Of a stretch of 64,000 nt of DNA, positions 8,849 to 17,650 are shown piece after piece. The stretch spans positions 78,780 through 142,779 of the forward strand of contig JAZKXO010000097.1 of assembly GCA_045611685.1 (NCBI GenBank), written 5' to 3'. The DNA is from Eubacteriales bacterium (lineage in GTDB: Bacteria > Bacillota > Clostridia > Oscillospirales > CAG-272). The position numbers and the translations under genes are program-made. The notes under the pieces are model-generated. The model worked only from the letters and a program-made list of their open reading frames with translations, ran no database searches and was not told the DNA's origin. Numbering within the stretch: position 1 is the stretch's first letter; each line of letters begins with the position of its first letter.

Positions 8849-9072
8849 GGATACGGCTTGCGCTCATCTGTCAAGCCGACAATATAGTCAATGGAAGTGT
8901 CATAAAAACCTGCCAGCATAATAAGTAGTTCCAACGGGATCTGCCGCTGACCGTTTTCGTATTGTGAATACGTGTTTTGCTTTACATGGAGATACTCAGC
9001 CAGACATTTTTGTGTTATATCAGAATCTTCCCTTAAATCTTTCAGGCGCACTCTCTTCCCTCCACACAACAT
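8839..9072 (-). CDS. XRE-family helix-turn-helix transcriptional regulator (77 aa)
   Basis: Trimmed to ATG 9072. LKDLREDSDITQKCLAEYLHVKQNTYSQYENGQRQIPLELL is a classic Cro/C1 HTH. Confidence 0.85.
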   Translation of the reverse strand: MLCGGKRVRLKDLREDSDITQKCLAEYLHVKQNTYSQYENGQRQIPLELLIMLAGFYDTSIDYIVGLTDERKPYPKK

Positions 9073-9179
9073 ATATATTATTATATAAAATCTCGAGATG
9101 AGATATTGACATTTATCTCGTTTTGTGATATACTTATGGATAGTACGGAAAATAAAAGCGCACAAAGAAAGGGAAAACA

Positions 9180-9815
9180 ATGAGCAAAAAAACAATCGCC
9201 TGCAGAACATGCGGTCATGAGATTGCTAAAAACGCAAAAACCTGCCCACATTGCGGTGCAAAGAACACAAATCCCGTCGTTTTAGTATGCATCGCAATTG
9301 TTGTCGTGATGTTTGTCCACCTTATTGTCAGTACTACTGGTACCAATAACGACACAAGCAATGGCTCCATCACCAACACCGATCAAGTAACAACAAATAA
9401 CAAAGTAAGTACTAACGAAAAAATAAATGTTTTTGCAGGCGATTGCGGCATCTCTGCTACTGCTGAAATGGGAACAGGTATTTTCGGCCAACCCGAAGTA
9501 TCCATTTCTATCACCAACACAACGGCTAAAGATATAAGCGCCATCAAATTCTATACAGTTCCGTTTGACGTTTACGGGAAAGAGATTAAAGGTATATTTG
9601 CAGAAAATTATCTCTCCACAGACGACACGATCTCCGCAGGAGAGAGTGCAACCAGGTCTTGGCAGTTCCTAGATAGTGACGTAAAAACTATAAAACTGTA
9701 CGTTTATAGTGTTTTCTTTAGCGATGGCACAGAATGGGGAGACAGAGAAGCCACAAGGTCCGTAATTCTCAAAAACGCATTAGAAATCACGGTAAACGGA
9801 ACAAGCGGAAAATGA
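9180..9815 (+). CDS. Zinc-ribbon membrane protein with an extracellular beta-rich domain
   Basis: N-terminal CRTCGHEI...CPHCGAKN zinc ribbon, one TM helix (VVLVCIAIVVVMFVHLIV), and a Thr/Asn-rich linker followed by a ~130-aa domain. Divergent from the XRE gene. Confidence 0.7.
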   Translation: MSKKTIACRTCGHEIAKNAKTCPHCGAKNTNPVVLVCIAIVVVMFVHLIVSTTGTNNDTSNGSITNTDQVTTNNKVSTNEKINVFAGDCGISATAEMGTGIFGQPEVSISITNTTAKDISAIKFYTVPFDVYGKEIKGIFAENYLSTDDTISAGESATRSWQFLDSDVKTIKLYVYSVFFSDGTEWGDREATRSVILKNALEITVNGTSGK

Positions 9816-9850
9816 CCGTCTCAAAAGCGTAGTTATTTCCCACAAATTAA

Positions 9851-9883
9851 AAAGGCATCTCCGTTTTGGAGATGCCTTTTGTA
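9851..9883. terminator. Bidirectional terminator between convergent zinc-ribbon genes
   Basis: AAAGGCATCTCC gttt tGGAGATGCCTTT hairpin followed by a T-run. Confidence 0.8.
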
Positions 9884-9892
9884 TGTATGGGA

Positions 9893-10363
9893 TTATTTCA
9901 GAAGACGGAACTTACCGATGATGGGCAGTTCCTTCGCTTTGCCCTGCACGGCATTGATAATACCGATGATCATCAGAACGAATGCGATAATGCTGCCGAT
10001 ACCGCCCGCGATCCAACCAAGGATCGGGATAATAGCAACGGCGCTGAGGATCAGGTTTGCAAGGAACAGGATGATACCCTGATTCACGTGATAGCGCGCA
10101 AATTTGGAATCCTGGCAGGCAAGGAGCGGAATGAGGAACAGAATACCGAGATACGAGAACAGGCAAAGAATCTTGTTCTTCTCGATATCAGCAGGATCAA
10201 ACTCCGCGGTCGTATCCTTCGTGTTGTTCAGTTCCTTCACGGAATCCACGGCAAATTTCTTCTCTTCGGGCTTGGGCTGCTCTTCGGTCAAGGGAGCACC
10301 GCAGATATTACAGAACTTCGCGTCTTCGGCGACTTCAACGCCGCATTTCGGGCATACGGGCAT
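9893..10363 (-). CDS. Zinc-ribbon domain membrane protein (DUF4870-like C-terminal membrane domain)
   Basis: Trimmed to ATG 10363 (GGAGGA RBS). MPVCPKCGVEVAEDAKFCNICGAPL zinc ribbon, then a membrane domain (FSYLGILFLIPLLA ... ARYHVNQGIILF). Confidence 0.75.
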   Translation of the reverse strand: MPVCPKCGVEVAEDAKFCNICGAPLTEEQPKPEEKKFAVDSVKELNNTKDTTAEFDPADIEKNKILCLFSYLGILFLIPLLACQDSKFARYHVNQGIILFLANLILSAVAIIPILGWIAGGIGSIIAFVLMIIGIINAVQGKAKELPIIGKFRLLK

Positions 10364-10540
10364 ACATGTATCCTCCAAAATTAAAATAAAACTCACGGGT
10401 TGGATTTGCAAAAACGCATTCGCCTTCCCTTTCGGTATTATATCATATTTTGTTCGCCGTTGCAAGGCTCGCTGAGAAAAATATGGACTTTTCCCTTCAA
10501 ATATGTCTCTTTTTCGGACAAGCTGTCACACGGATACCGC

Positions 10541-10574
10541 AAAAAATCCCCACGGGATTCCGTGGGGATTTCCT
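10541..10574 (-). terminator. Rho-independent terminator of guaB
   Basis: AATCCCCACGG gatt CCGTGGGGATT stem-loop with a flanking A/T run. Confidence 0.8.
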
Positions 10575-10588
10575 ATTTCTATTAAAGC

Positions 10589-12088
10589 TTACTGCGGAGC
10601 CTGATCCTTTACGACTACGTCGTGGGCGCCGCCCTCAACGATCGAGACGGCACTGACGAGCGTCAGGCGTGCTTTCTGCTGGAGCTCGGGAATGGTGAGC
10701 GCGCCGCAGTTGCACATCGTGGAGCGGATCTTTGCAAGCGTAGTCATAAGGTTGTCGTGGAGCGAGCCTGCGTACGGCACGTAGCAATCAACGCCTTCCA
10801 CGAAGGACAGTTTGGATGCGCCGCCCATGTCGTAGCGCTGCCAGTTGCGCGCACGGGCGCTTCCCTCTCCCCAGTACTCTTTCATGTAGTTGCCCTTGAT
10901 CATAACCTTATTGGTCGGGCTTTCATCAAAGCGGGAGAAGTAACGGCCGAGCATGCAGAAGTCTGCACCCATGGCGAGCGCGAGCGTCATATGGTAATCG
11001 TGCACGATACCGCCGTCGGAACAGATCGGGATGTATACGCCGGTCTCTTCAAAATACTCGTCGCGGGCCTTTGCCACCTCGATCACGGCGGTAGCCTGTC
11101 CGCGGCCGATACCCTTCGTCTCACGGGTGATACAGATGGAGCCGCCGCCGATACCGACCTTGATGAAGTCGGCACCTGCCTCAGCGAGGAAGCGGAAGCC
11201 TTCGCGGTCAACGACGTTGCCGGCGCCTACTTTTACGCTGTCGCCGTACTTTTCACGGATGAACGCGATCGTTCTGGACTGCCATTCGGTAAATCCTTCG
11301 CTCGAGTCGATACAGAGAACGTCCGCGCCTGCCTCTACGAGTGCAGGAACGCGCTCCTCGTAGTCGCGGGTATTGATACCGGCGCCGACGACGTAACGCT
11401 TCTGTTTATCAAGCATTTCGTGCGGGTTCTCCTTATGCTGATCGTAGTCCTTGCGGAACACGAAAGCGACAAGGTGCTGTTTTTCATCAATGATGGGCAA
11501 AGAGTTCAGTTTATGGTCCCAGATGATGTTGTTAGCTTCCTTCAGAGACGTGCCCTCGGGAGCTGTAATGAGCTTCTCAAAGGGAGTCATAAACGTCTCC
11601 ACTTTCTCATCCATGGACATACGGCTGACGCGGTAATCGCGGGAGGTTACGATGCCGAGAAGCTTGCCCGTTGCGGTACCGTCATCAGTTACGGCAATAG
11701 TGGAGTGCCCGAGACGATTCTTCAGTTCAATAACGTCGGCAAGCGTCTGATCGGGACGGATATTGGAATCGGAGCTAACAAAACCGGCCTTGTAATTCTT
11801 TACACGGCGCACCATATCTGCCTCGTCAGCGATGGACTGCGAGCCGTAGATAAACGAAACGCCGCCCTCACGCGCGAGTGCGATAGCCATACGGTCGTCG
11901 GACACGGCCTGCATGATCGCGGACACGAGCGGGATCGTCATAGAAAGAGAGGGCTCCTCTCCGCGGCGGTATTTTACAAGCGGTGTTTTCAGAGATACAT
12001 TGGCAGGAATACAATTTGCATCGGAATATCCGGGCACCAAAAGATATTCACTGAACGTATGGGACGCTTCACTGTAATAAAAAGCCAT
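10589..12088 (-). CDS. guaB: IMP dehydrogenase
   Basis: 499 aa. Catalytic loop [12 protein letters not shown], a CBS-pair insert, and the C-terminal EGGAHDV motif. GAAGGAG RBS. Confidence 0.85.
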   Translation of the reverse strand: MAFYYSEASHTFSEYLLVPGYSDANCIPANVSLKTPLVKYRRGEEPSLSMTIPLVSAIMQAVSDDRMAIALAREGGVSFIYGSQSIADEADMVRRVKNYKAGFVSSDSNIRPDQTLADVIELKNRLGHSTIAVTDDGTATGKLLGIVTSRDYRVSRMSMDEKVETFMTPFEKLITAPEGTSLKEANNIIWDHKLNSLPIIDEKQHLVAFVFRKDYDQHKENPHEMLDKQKRYVVGAGINTRDYEERVPALVEAGADVLCIDSSEGFTEWQSRTIAFIREKYGDSVKVGAGNVVDREGFRFLAEAGADFIKVGIGGGSICITRETKGIGRGQATAVIEVAKARDEYFEETGVYIPICSDGGIVHDYHMTLALAMGADFCMLGRYFSRFDESPTNKVMIKGNYMKEYWGEGSARARNWQRYDMGGASKLSFVEGVDCYVPYAGSLHDNLMTTLAKIRSTMCNCGALTIPELQQKARLTLVSAVSIVEGGAHDVVVKDQAPQ

Positions 12089-12128
12089 GTTGTTGCTCCT
12101 TCATTTTATATAATTATACTTGTATAAG

Positions 12129-12157
12129 ATTATACCACAGTACGAGGGGGAAAACAA
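12129..12157 (-). promoter_or_regulatory. Candidate guaB promoter (extended -10 TGGTATAAT, weak -35 TTGTTT)
   Basis: Reverse complement reads TTGTTT - 17 nt - TATAAT with a TG extension. It leaves a ~35-nt leader. Confidence 0.45.
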
Positions 12158-12247
12158 GGGGGAAAAGCATAAAACTTTTCCGAAAGAAACGACTTTGTCT
12201 TTGTTAATTTTGCGCCCAAACGTTCTGAAAAAGCGGCATCAGCGAAA

Positions 12248-12282
12248 ACAAGGGGAAACGCCCAAAGCGTTTCCCCTTTTCG
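12248..12282 (-). terminator. Rho-independent terminator of the PPIase gene
   Basis: AAGGGGAAACGC ccaaa GCGTTTCCCCTT hairpin plus a T-run. Confidence 0.8.
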
Positions 12283-12287
12283 TATTA

Positions 12288-13820
12288 TCAGACGTCCAGA
12301 AGTGCGAGCGTGAGTTCGTTAACCTCAACAGGATATTTCTCCTTAAGCGCCTTCAGATCCTCTTCGTAGGCGGCGGCAGAAAGGATATCCTTCACTTCCT
12401 TATGCCATGCCTTCATCCCAAATCCGTCGAGATACATGACGTGATACCCGAACTGCGTTTTGACAATGGCGGTATCGCCGGCCTTACGGCCTTCCTCAAA
12501 CAGCCAAGCATCAAACTCATCTACCATCTCAGTCTTCATAACGTTCTCATACAGACCGTTCTCGGCATTGTCTTCGCTGTACTTCTTCGCAAGCTCACCA
12601 AAGGATGCTGCTGTTGCCGCACCGTTCTTCCACTCAGCAAGGATTTCCTCAGCCTTCGCCTCGGCAGCTTCCTCGGAGCCGTAGGTATCGGCGGTGAGAA
12701 GAATATGGCGCACGTTTACGGTATCATAAGTGAGAAGCGCGGCGGGCTCGAGAAGCATACCGACGGTCAGAGCGGTCTCCTCTTCATTCCAAGCGGTATA
12801 AACGTCGCCTGCTTTGCGGGCATCCTCGATCGCCCACTTCATAAAGACGTCGGTCTCCGTATAAATGCCGTCCTCGATGAGGTGTCCGGCAACCTCCTCG
12901 CGGATGCCTTCCTCGGTCTTATCTGCGTAATCCTTGTAGGCATAGTTCTTAAGGTAGTCGTAGGATACCTCGTCAAACTCCTCACGGGTTTTGACAGCAG
13001 CAAACTTTGCCTCAAACTCCTTGAGAAGATCGGTCGTTACGTCGCCCTCTACCATACCGTCGGTAACGGAGAGAGTCATAGCAACATAGGTAGCATGGAG
13101 CAGTTTGGTCGGATTTTCCTTCACGTATGCGTCATAATCCGCATCCGTGTAGGTGTACTCGCTCATAATCTCGTTGTAGCACTTCGAATAGAGAAGCGAC
13201 TGCTCCATGGCACGGCGCACGTCCTTTTCCTTCACACCCGCACCAAACATAGCCGAGATGTAGTATCCTTTGGATACACCGTTCTCTTTTGCCTGCTTTT
13301 CAATCTCGTCGATATTCTTTTCGATGATCGCGTAATCGTCCGCATCAAGGGTAATGCCGCGCACAGAAGCCTCCTCACAAAAGACGAGCGTGTTGGACAT
13401 CTCCGTGATCGCGTTGTTCATGAAGAACTTGTACCAGGTCGTACCGTCCTCGAAGAGCGGACACGGCTGATACTTCAGTGACTTCGTGGGATCAAGTCCG
13501 AGATAGGACACGGAATTTCCATACATGGAGAGGAAATTCTGGTACTGGTTGTAAAAGTGATAGGAAACGATCGCGTTATCCATCTCGTAATTATCGCTCT
13601 TTACGGAAACGGCCCGTCTGAGGAAGAATCCGTCGTCCATCATTTTGGTATACGCCACCACAGCACCAACGAGAACGATTGCGAGAATCACACAGACCGT
13701 TGCCACGATCTTCTTACCAATGCTCTTCTTCTTTGCCTTGGCCATCTCTTTCTGCTTCTTTTCCGCCTCAACGCGGCGAACTTCTTGGTTTTCTCTCTTA
13801 TTTCGGCTTGCCTTGCCCAT
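12288..13820 (-). CDS. Membrane-anchored parvulin-type peptidyl-prolyl cis-trans isomerase (PrsA/SurA-like)
   Basis: Basic N-terminus plus a TM helix (IVATVCVILAIVLVGAVVAY). C-terminal PpiC rotamase domain (VRHILL ... FGELAKKYSED ... TQFGYHVMY). Confidence 0.8.
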   Translation of the reverse strand: MGKASRNKRENQEVRRVEAEKKQKEMAKAKKKSIGKKIVATVCVILAIVLVGAVVAYTKMMDDGFFLRRAVSVKSDNYEMDNAIVSYHFYNQYQNFLSMYGNSVSYLGLDPTKSLKYQPCPLFEDGTTWYKFFMNNAITEMSNTLVFCEEASVRGITLDADDYAIIEKNIDEIEKQAKENGVSKGYYISAMFGAGVKEKDVRRAMEQSLLYSKCYNEIMSEYTYTDADYDAYVKENPTKLLHATYVAMTLSVTDGMVEGDVTTDLLKEFEAKFAAVKTREEFDEVSYDYLKNYAYKDYADKTEEGIREEVAGHLIEDGIYTETDVFMKWAIEDARKAGDVYTAWNEEETALTVGMLLEPAALLTYDTVNVRHILLTADTYGSEEAAEAKAEEILAEWKNGAATAASFGELAKKYSEDNAENGLYENVMKTEMVDEFDAWLFEEGRKAGDTAIVKTQFGYHVMYLDGFGMKAWHKEVKDILSAAAYEEDLKALKEKYPVEVNELTLALLDV

Positions 13821-14106
13821 AATTGTATCTGCCTTTCTTATTGTTTTTTGTAAAAAAACATACTGTAAAACTCGGAAAAAGCACTCGTTTTCCCGATAAC
13901 TTATTTATTATAGCACATCTTACGGAAAAAATCCATAACGAAACAGAAAAATTCACATATTAAATAACAAATATGAAAAGATTTTCCGAAAAATCGCCCG
14001 GCGTATTTACAATTAACTATTTATTTACGGCGGGATCTATGATATAATGTAGGGGAGTATGAAAAAAACGCATGCCGTTTTACGGTTGACAGGAGATATT
14101 ATTTTC

Positions 14107-15138
14107 ATGAGTGATACAAAAAAGACCGGCTGCGCCTCCGGTGAAAAATGCCGTCTCGGAAAAGTCGGCGGACAGTCCGTACTCGAAGGCGTCATGATGA
14201 AATGCGGCGACCGCATAGCACTTGCCGTCCGTGAGGAAAACGGAAATATAAAGCTTGAAACGGAAACGCACGTCTCCGTCAGAAAAAAATATAAGATCCT
14301 CTCCATTCCGCTTATCCGCGGGATCGCGAATTTCGTCGAGTCCACGGTAATGAGCTATAAAACGCTTATGAAATCCGCGGAGATGCTCGGCATCGACGAG
14401 ACGGACGAGGACTCAAAGCTGGAAGCGTGGCTCAGAAAAAAGCTCGGGGACAAATTTCTCGGCGTACTGACGGGCATCTCCATGGTTCTCGGACTCGTTC
14501 TCGCTATGGGGTTGTTTATGTACCTGCCCGCCTTTCTCACCTCGCTTCTTGATGGCGCCCTCGGCGGCATCGGTTGGTTCCGCAACCTTAGCGAGGGCCT
14601 TATAAAGATCGCCATTTTCGTCGCATACATCTCCCTTTGCTCGCTCATGAAGGAAATGAGACGCACCTTCGAATACCACGGTGCGGAGCACAAATCCATC
14701 GCCTGCTATGAGGCGGGGCTTGAGCTGACGCCCGAAAATGCGATGACCTGCCGCCGTTTTCATCCCCGCTGCGGCACGAGCTTCATCTTCGTCATCCTCA
14801 TTCTGAGCATTCTCGTAAACTCCCTCGTTTCCTGGGAGAATCTCGCGTTCCGCGTAGTATACAAGCTCCTCCTTCTGCCCCTCATCGTCGGTATCGGATT
14901 CGAGTTTATCGCTTACGCCGGCAAGCACGACAATATTTTCACGAAAATCCTCTCCGCACCGGGTCTCTGGATGCAGCGTATCACTACGCGCGAGCCGGAC
15001 GAGAGCCAGCTTGAGGTTGCCATCACCGCTTTGAAGCACGCCATGCCGGAACAATTCCCCGAAGTCAAAGAATCCGATCCGGCAGAAGACGTACCGACCG
15101 AAGTCGAAACGACCGACAATGACACTCCGAACGATTGA
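14107..15138 (+). CDS. DUF1385 domain-containing membrane protein (PrmC-associated)
   Basis: GGQSVLEGVMMK and the YHGAEHK motif, with the conserved position upstream of prmC. ATG 14107 is preferred over 14059 on RBS spacing (GGAGA, 10 nt). Confidence 0.8.
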   Translation: MSDTKKTGCASGEKCRLGKVGGQSVLEGVMMKCGDRIALAVREENGNIKLETETHVSVRKKYKILSIPLIRGIANFVESTVMSYKTLMKSAEMLGIDETDEDSKLEAWLRKKLGDKFLGVLTGISMVLGLVLAMGLFMYLPAFLTSLLDGALGGIGWFRNLSEGLIKIAIFVAYISLCSLMKEMRRTFEYHGAEHKSIACYEAGLELTPENAMTCRRFHPRCGTSFIFVILILSILVNSLVSWENLAFRVVYKLLLLPLIVGIGFEFIAYAGKHDNIFTKILSAPGLWMQRITTREPDESQLEVAITALKHAMPEQFPEVKESDPAEDVPTEVETTDNDTPND

Positions 15139-15967
15139 GTCCGCCTTATGCGCGGCGGGCATCCCGAAAGAGGACGCTGCCTTTGAGGCGAGACTCCTCG
15201 CCGCCCACTGCACCGGCATCTCCCCCGCCCGCCTTCTGACGATGCGCGATGAGGAGCTCTCCTCGCCGTCTCTCGAGGATGCGACAGCACGCCGATGCAA
15301 ACGCGAGCCGCTTCAGTATATTTTGGGCGAGTGGGAGTTCATGGGGCTCACCTTTGCCGTCTCCCCCGACTGTCTCATCCCGCGCGCCGATACGGAAACG
15401 CTGGTTGAGGCGGCTTTGCCGCACATCCCCGAAAACGCACGCGTGGCGGATCTCTGCACGGGCAGCGGTGCGATCGGCATCGCTCTCGCACATTTCCGCC
15501 CCGATATTCACGTTACGGCGGTAGAACTCTTCCCCGAAACGGCACGGATGGCAGATAAAAACAGCCGCCGACTCGGCGTTTCCGAGCGGTTTACCATTCT
15601 TCTCGGCGACGTTACGAAAAAGATATTCCAAGGCGGGACTTCATTTGACATGATTGTGTCGAACCCGCCGTATATTGCATTGAATGAAATGGAGGGTCTT
15701 GAGCCCGAGCTCTCCTTTGAGCCGCGCGCGGCACTTACCGATGAAGGCGACGGGCTGTCCGTTATCCGCGGCGTTCTCCGAACTGCCGCTGAAACACTGA
15801 CGGCGGACGGACTTCTTTTTATGGAGATCGGCGCCTCGCAGGGAGAGCGCGTTCTCTCCCTTGCCGCCGACTTCGGATTCTCCGGCAAAATTCTCCCCGA
15901 CACGGAGGGACGCGACCGCGTCCTTTTCGCACACCGATATTCTTACAAAAGTGAGGCAAATCTATGA
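15119..15967 (+). CDS. prmC: Peptide chain release factor N5-glutamine methyltransferase
   Basis: PLQYILGEWEF, DLCTGSGAIG SAM motif, VSNPPYI catalytic motif. Confidence 0.9.
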   Translation: MTLRTIESALCAAGIPKEDAAFEARLLAAHCTGISPARLLTMRDEELSSPSLEDATARRCKREPLQYILGEWEFMGLTFAVSPDCLIPRADTETLVEAALPHIPENARVADLCTGSGAIGIALAHFRPDIHVTAVELFPETARMADKNSRRLGVSERFTILLGDVTKKIFQGGTSFDMIVSNPPYIALNEMEGLEPELSFEPRAALTDEGDGLSVIRGVLRTAAETLTADGLLFMEIGASQGERVLSLAADFGFSGKILPDTEGRDRVLFAHRYSYKSEANL

Positions 15968-17022
15968 GTAACAAGATCACGCTTTGCGTCCTCTTCGGAG
16001 GACACTCCTCGGAGTACGAGGTTTCCCTTACTTCTGCGTATTCCGTCCTCACCAACGCCAATACCGCACGTTACGATATTCTGCCCGTAGGCATCACGAG
16101 AGAAGGTGCCTGGCACCTCTTCACCGGCGACTACGAAAAAATTCGCGACGGCAGCTGGTGCGACACCGCCTCCCTTCTGCCGAGTGTGACGGTGGATCTC
16201 ACACCTGGCTCGCAGTCGCTCCTCATTACAAAGCCGGACGGCACGTGTGAGAAACAAAAGGTTGACGTCGTGTTCCCCGTGCTCCACGGCGCGTACGGCG
16301 AGGATGGCACGGTGCAGGGTATGCTTTCCCTCGCGGGCATTCCGTTCGTGGGCTGCGGATGCGCTTCGTCCGTCGTATGTATGGACAAATCGCTCACCAA
16401 GCTCCCTGTAAATCAGGCGGGCATCAAGCAGGCATCGTTTATTCTCGTCCGCAAATCGGACGACAAAGCCGCCATTATCGAAAAGGCCGAAAAGGCAATT
16501 GCCTATCCCATGTTCGTAAAGCCCGCGCGAGCAGGCTCATCCGTCGGCATATCGAAGGCGAAGGATCAAAACGGCCTTCGCGCCGCGCTCGAAAAAGCGT
16601 TCCGCGAGGACGAGAAGGTACTTATTGAGGAAACGATTGTCGGTCGCGAGATCGAGGTCGCGGTCCTTGACGAAAAAGGCACGTACACCGTCTCCGACTG
16701 CGCCGAGATCGACGCGGGCGCAGAATTCTACGATTACGACGCGAAGTACGTTTCCGACTGCTCCTCGTTCTACATCCCCGCACGTCTGTCGAAAGAGACG
16801 CGCGACGAAGTCCGCCGACAGGCCGAGATCATCTTCAAGGCACTCGACTGCCGCACGCTTTCCCGCGTGGATTTCTTCGTGAAGGAAGACGGTGAAATCC
16901 TCTTCAACGAGATCAACACGATCCCCGGATTCACCCCCATCAGTATGTATCCGAAACTGATGATGGATGCAGGACTGACGTACCCGGAGCTGATCGACCG
17001 CCTCATCGACGCCTCTCTCTGA
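15964..17022 (+). CDS. ddl: D-alanine--D-alanine ligase
   Basis: LFGGHSSEYEVSL, HGAYGEDGTVQG, ATP-grasp motifs, EINTIPGFT. ATGA overlap with prmC. Confidence 0.92.
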   Translation: MSNKITLCVLFGGHSSEYEVSLTSAYSVLTNANTARYDILPVGITREGAWHLFTGDYEKIRDGSWCDTASLLPSVTVDLTPGSQSLLITKPDGTCEKQKVDVVFPVLHGAYGEDGTVQGMLSLAGIPFVGCGCASSVVCMDKSLTKLPVNQAGIKQASFILVRKSDDKAAIIEKAEKAIAYPMFVKPARAGSSVGISKAKDQNGLRAALEKAFREDEKVLIEETIVGREIEVAVLDEKGTYTVSDCAEIDAGAEFYDYDAKYVSDCSSFYIPARLSKETRDEVRRQAEIIFKALDCRTLSRVDFFVKEDGEILFNEINTIPGFTPISMYPKLMMDAGLTYPELIDRLIDASL

Positions 17023-17040
17023 ACGGTCACATAATTTAAG

Positions 17041-17072
17041 ATACGCCGCACCCAAAGGTACGGCGTATTTTC
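17041..17072 (+). terminator. Rho-independent terminator of ddl
   Basis: ATACGCCG..CGGCGTAT bulged stem followed by TTTTC. Confidence 0.65.
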
Positions 17073-17155
17073 ATTCTATAGGCGCAAGCGCGCATATCTA
17101 TGCAACTGTATGCAAATATTTGCAGAAAGATGCATGCTCTTTTGCATATGGACAT

Positions 17156-17271
17156 TACGCGTTCGCCGAAACCGCATTTTTACGCGCTCGCCGTTCACGG
17201 TTTTTCGATGCTTTTTTGTGCACCCTGCACAATTTCACATTTTGCGTTCGCCGTGCTTGCTGTTTTTGCGA
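17156..17271. repeat. Three iteron-like direct repeats (GCGyTCGCCG - 7-9 nt - TTTTT)
   Basis: TACGCGTTCGCCGaaaccgcaTTTTT (17156), TACGCGCTCGCCGttcacggTTTTT (17181), TTTGCGTTCGCCGtgcttgctgTTTTT (17241). Confidence 0.6.
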
Positions 17272-17283
17272 AAAACGAAAAAG

Positions 17284-17379
17284 TTTTCCACAGGTTGTTG
17301 GAAACCCTGTGGAAACTCCAATGATTTGGGGCAAAAATCAGAGTTTTCCACAGGGAAAACTATCCAAAACTGTGGAAAA
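17284..17379. promoter_or_regulatory. DnaA-box cluster: four 9-mers matching TTWTCCACA-type boxes as two inverted pairs, plus one degenerate box
   Basis: TTTTCCACA 17284-17292 (+), GTTTCCACA 17308-17316 (-), TTTTCCACA 17344-17352 (+), TTTTCCACA 17371-17379 (-). Degenerate CTATCCAAA at 17360-17368. Confidence 0.6.
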
Positions 17380-17433
17380 CTCCGCGATCGCGAAAAGTTT
17401 GCCTTCGTCGGCAACCGTCTTAAAATAGAAAAT

Positions 17434-17454
17434 GATGTTTTTTCAAAAAACATC
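17434..17454. repeat. Perfect AT-rich palindrome GATGTTTTTT-c-AAAAAACATC next to the DnaA-box cluster
   Basis: 10-bp arms with a 1-nt spacer, read directly from the sequence. Confidence 0.8.
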
Positions 17455-17616
17455 TTGACAAGAAATTCTGCTGATTACTTATGCATTTTTGTCAAAAACC
17501 GATTTTCCCGACGGGAAATGCCGAAAAGAAAAAAAGCGGCACGAATCATACCCGAACGGCCCCGGCGTGGTCAGCCGCCCGCATGGTAAACTCATGCCTG
17601 CTAAGTTAGTATATGC

Positions 17617-17650
17617 AAAAAATGCGCCGTTATACACAGCGCATTTTTGG
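17617..17650 (-). terminator. Rho-independent terminator of the dac gene
   Basis: AAATGCGC ... GCGCATTT hairpin with flanking A/T runs, immediately after the dac stop codon. Confidence 0.7.

Noticed and set aside
10622-12127. 501-aa ORF on the + strand antisense to guaB. Similar long antisense ORFs lie at 12120-13481, 20019-20990, 25600-26760, 41529-42851, 43899-45221, 48823-50904, 52033-53925, 53912-54910 and 56932-58011.
   Set aside because: Each lies entirely inside a confidently recognised gene on the opposite strand. They have Arg/Gly/His-rich low-complexity composition typical of shadow frames in high-GC DNA, no RBS, and no recognisable motifs.
17100-17589. Overlapping 74-, 102- and 159-aa ORFs across the ddl-dac gap
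   Set aside because: All three frames are open over the same DNA, and none has an RBS or sensible protein-like sequence. The region is better explained by DNA-level repeats and palindromes.
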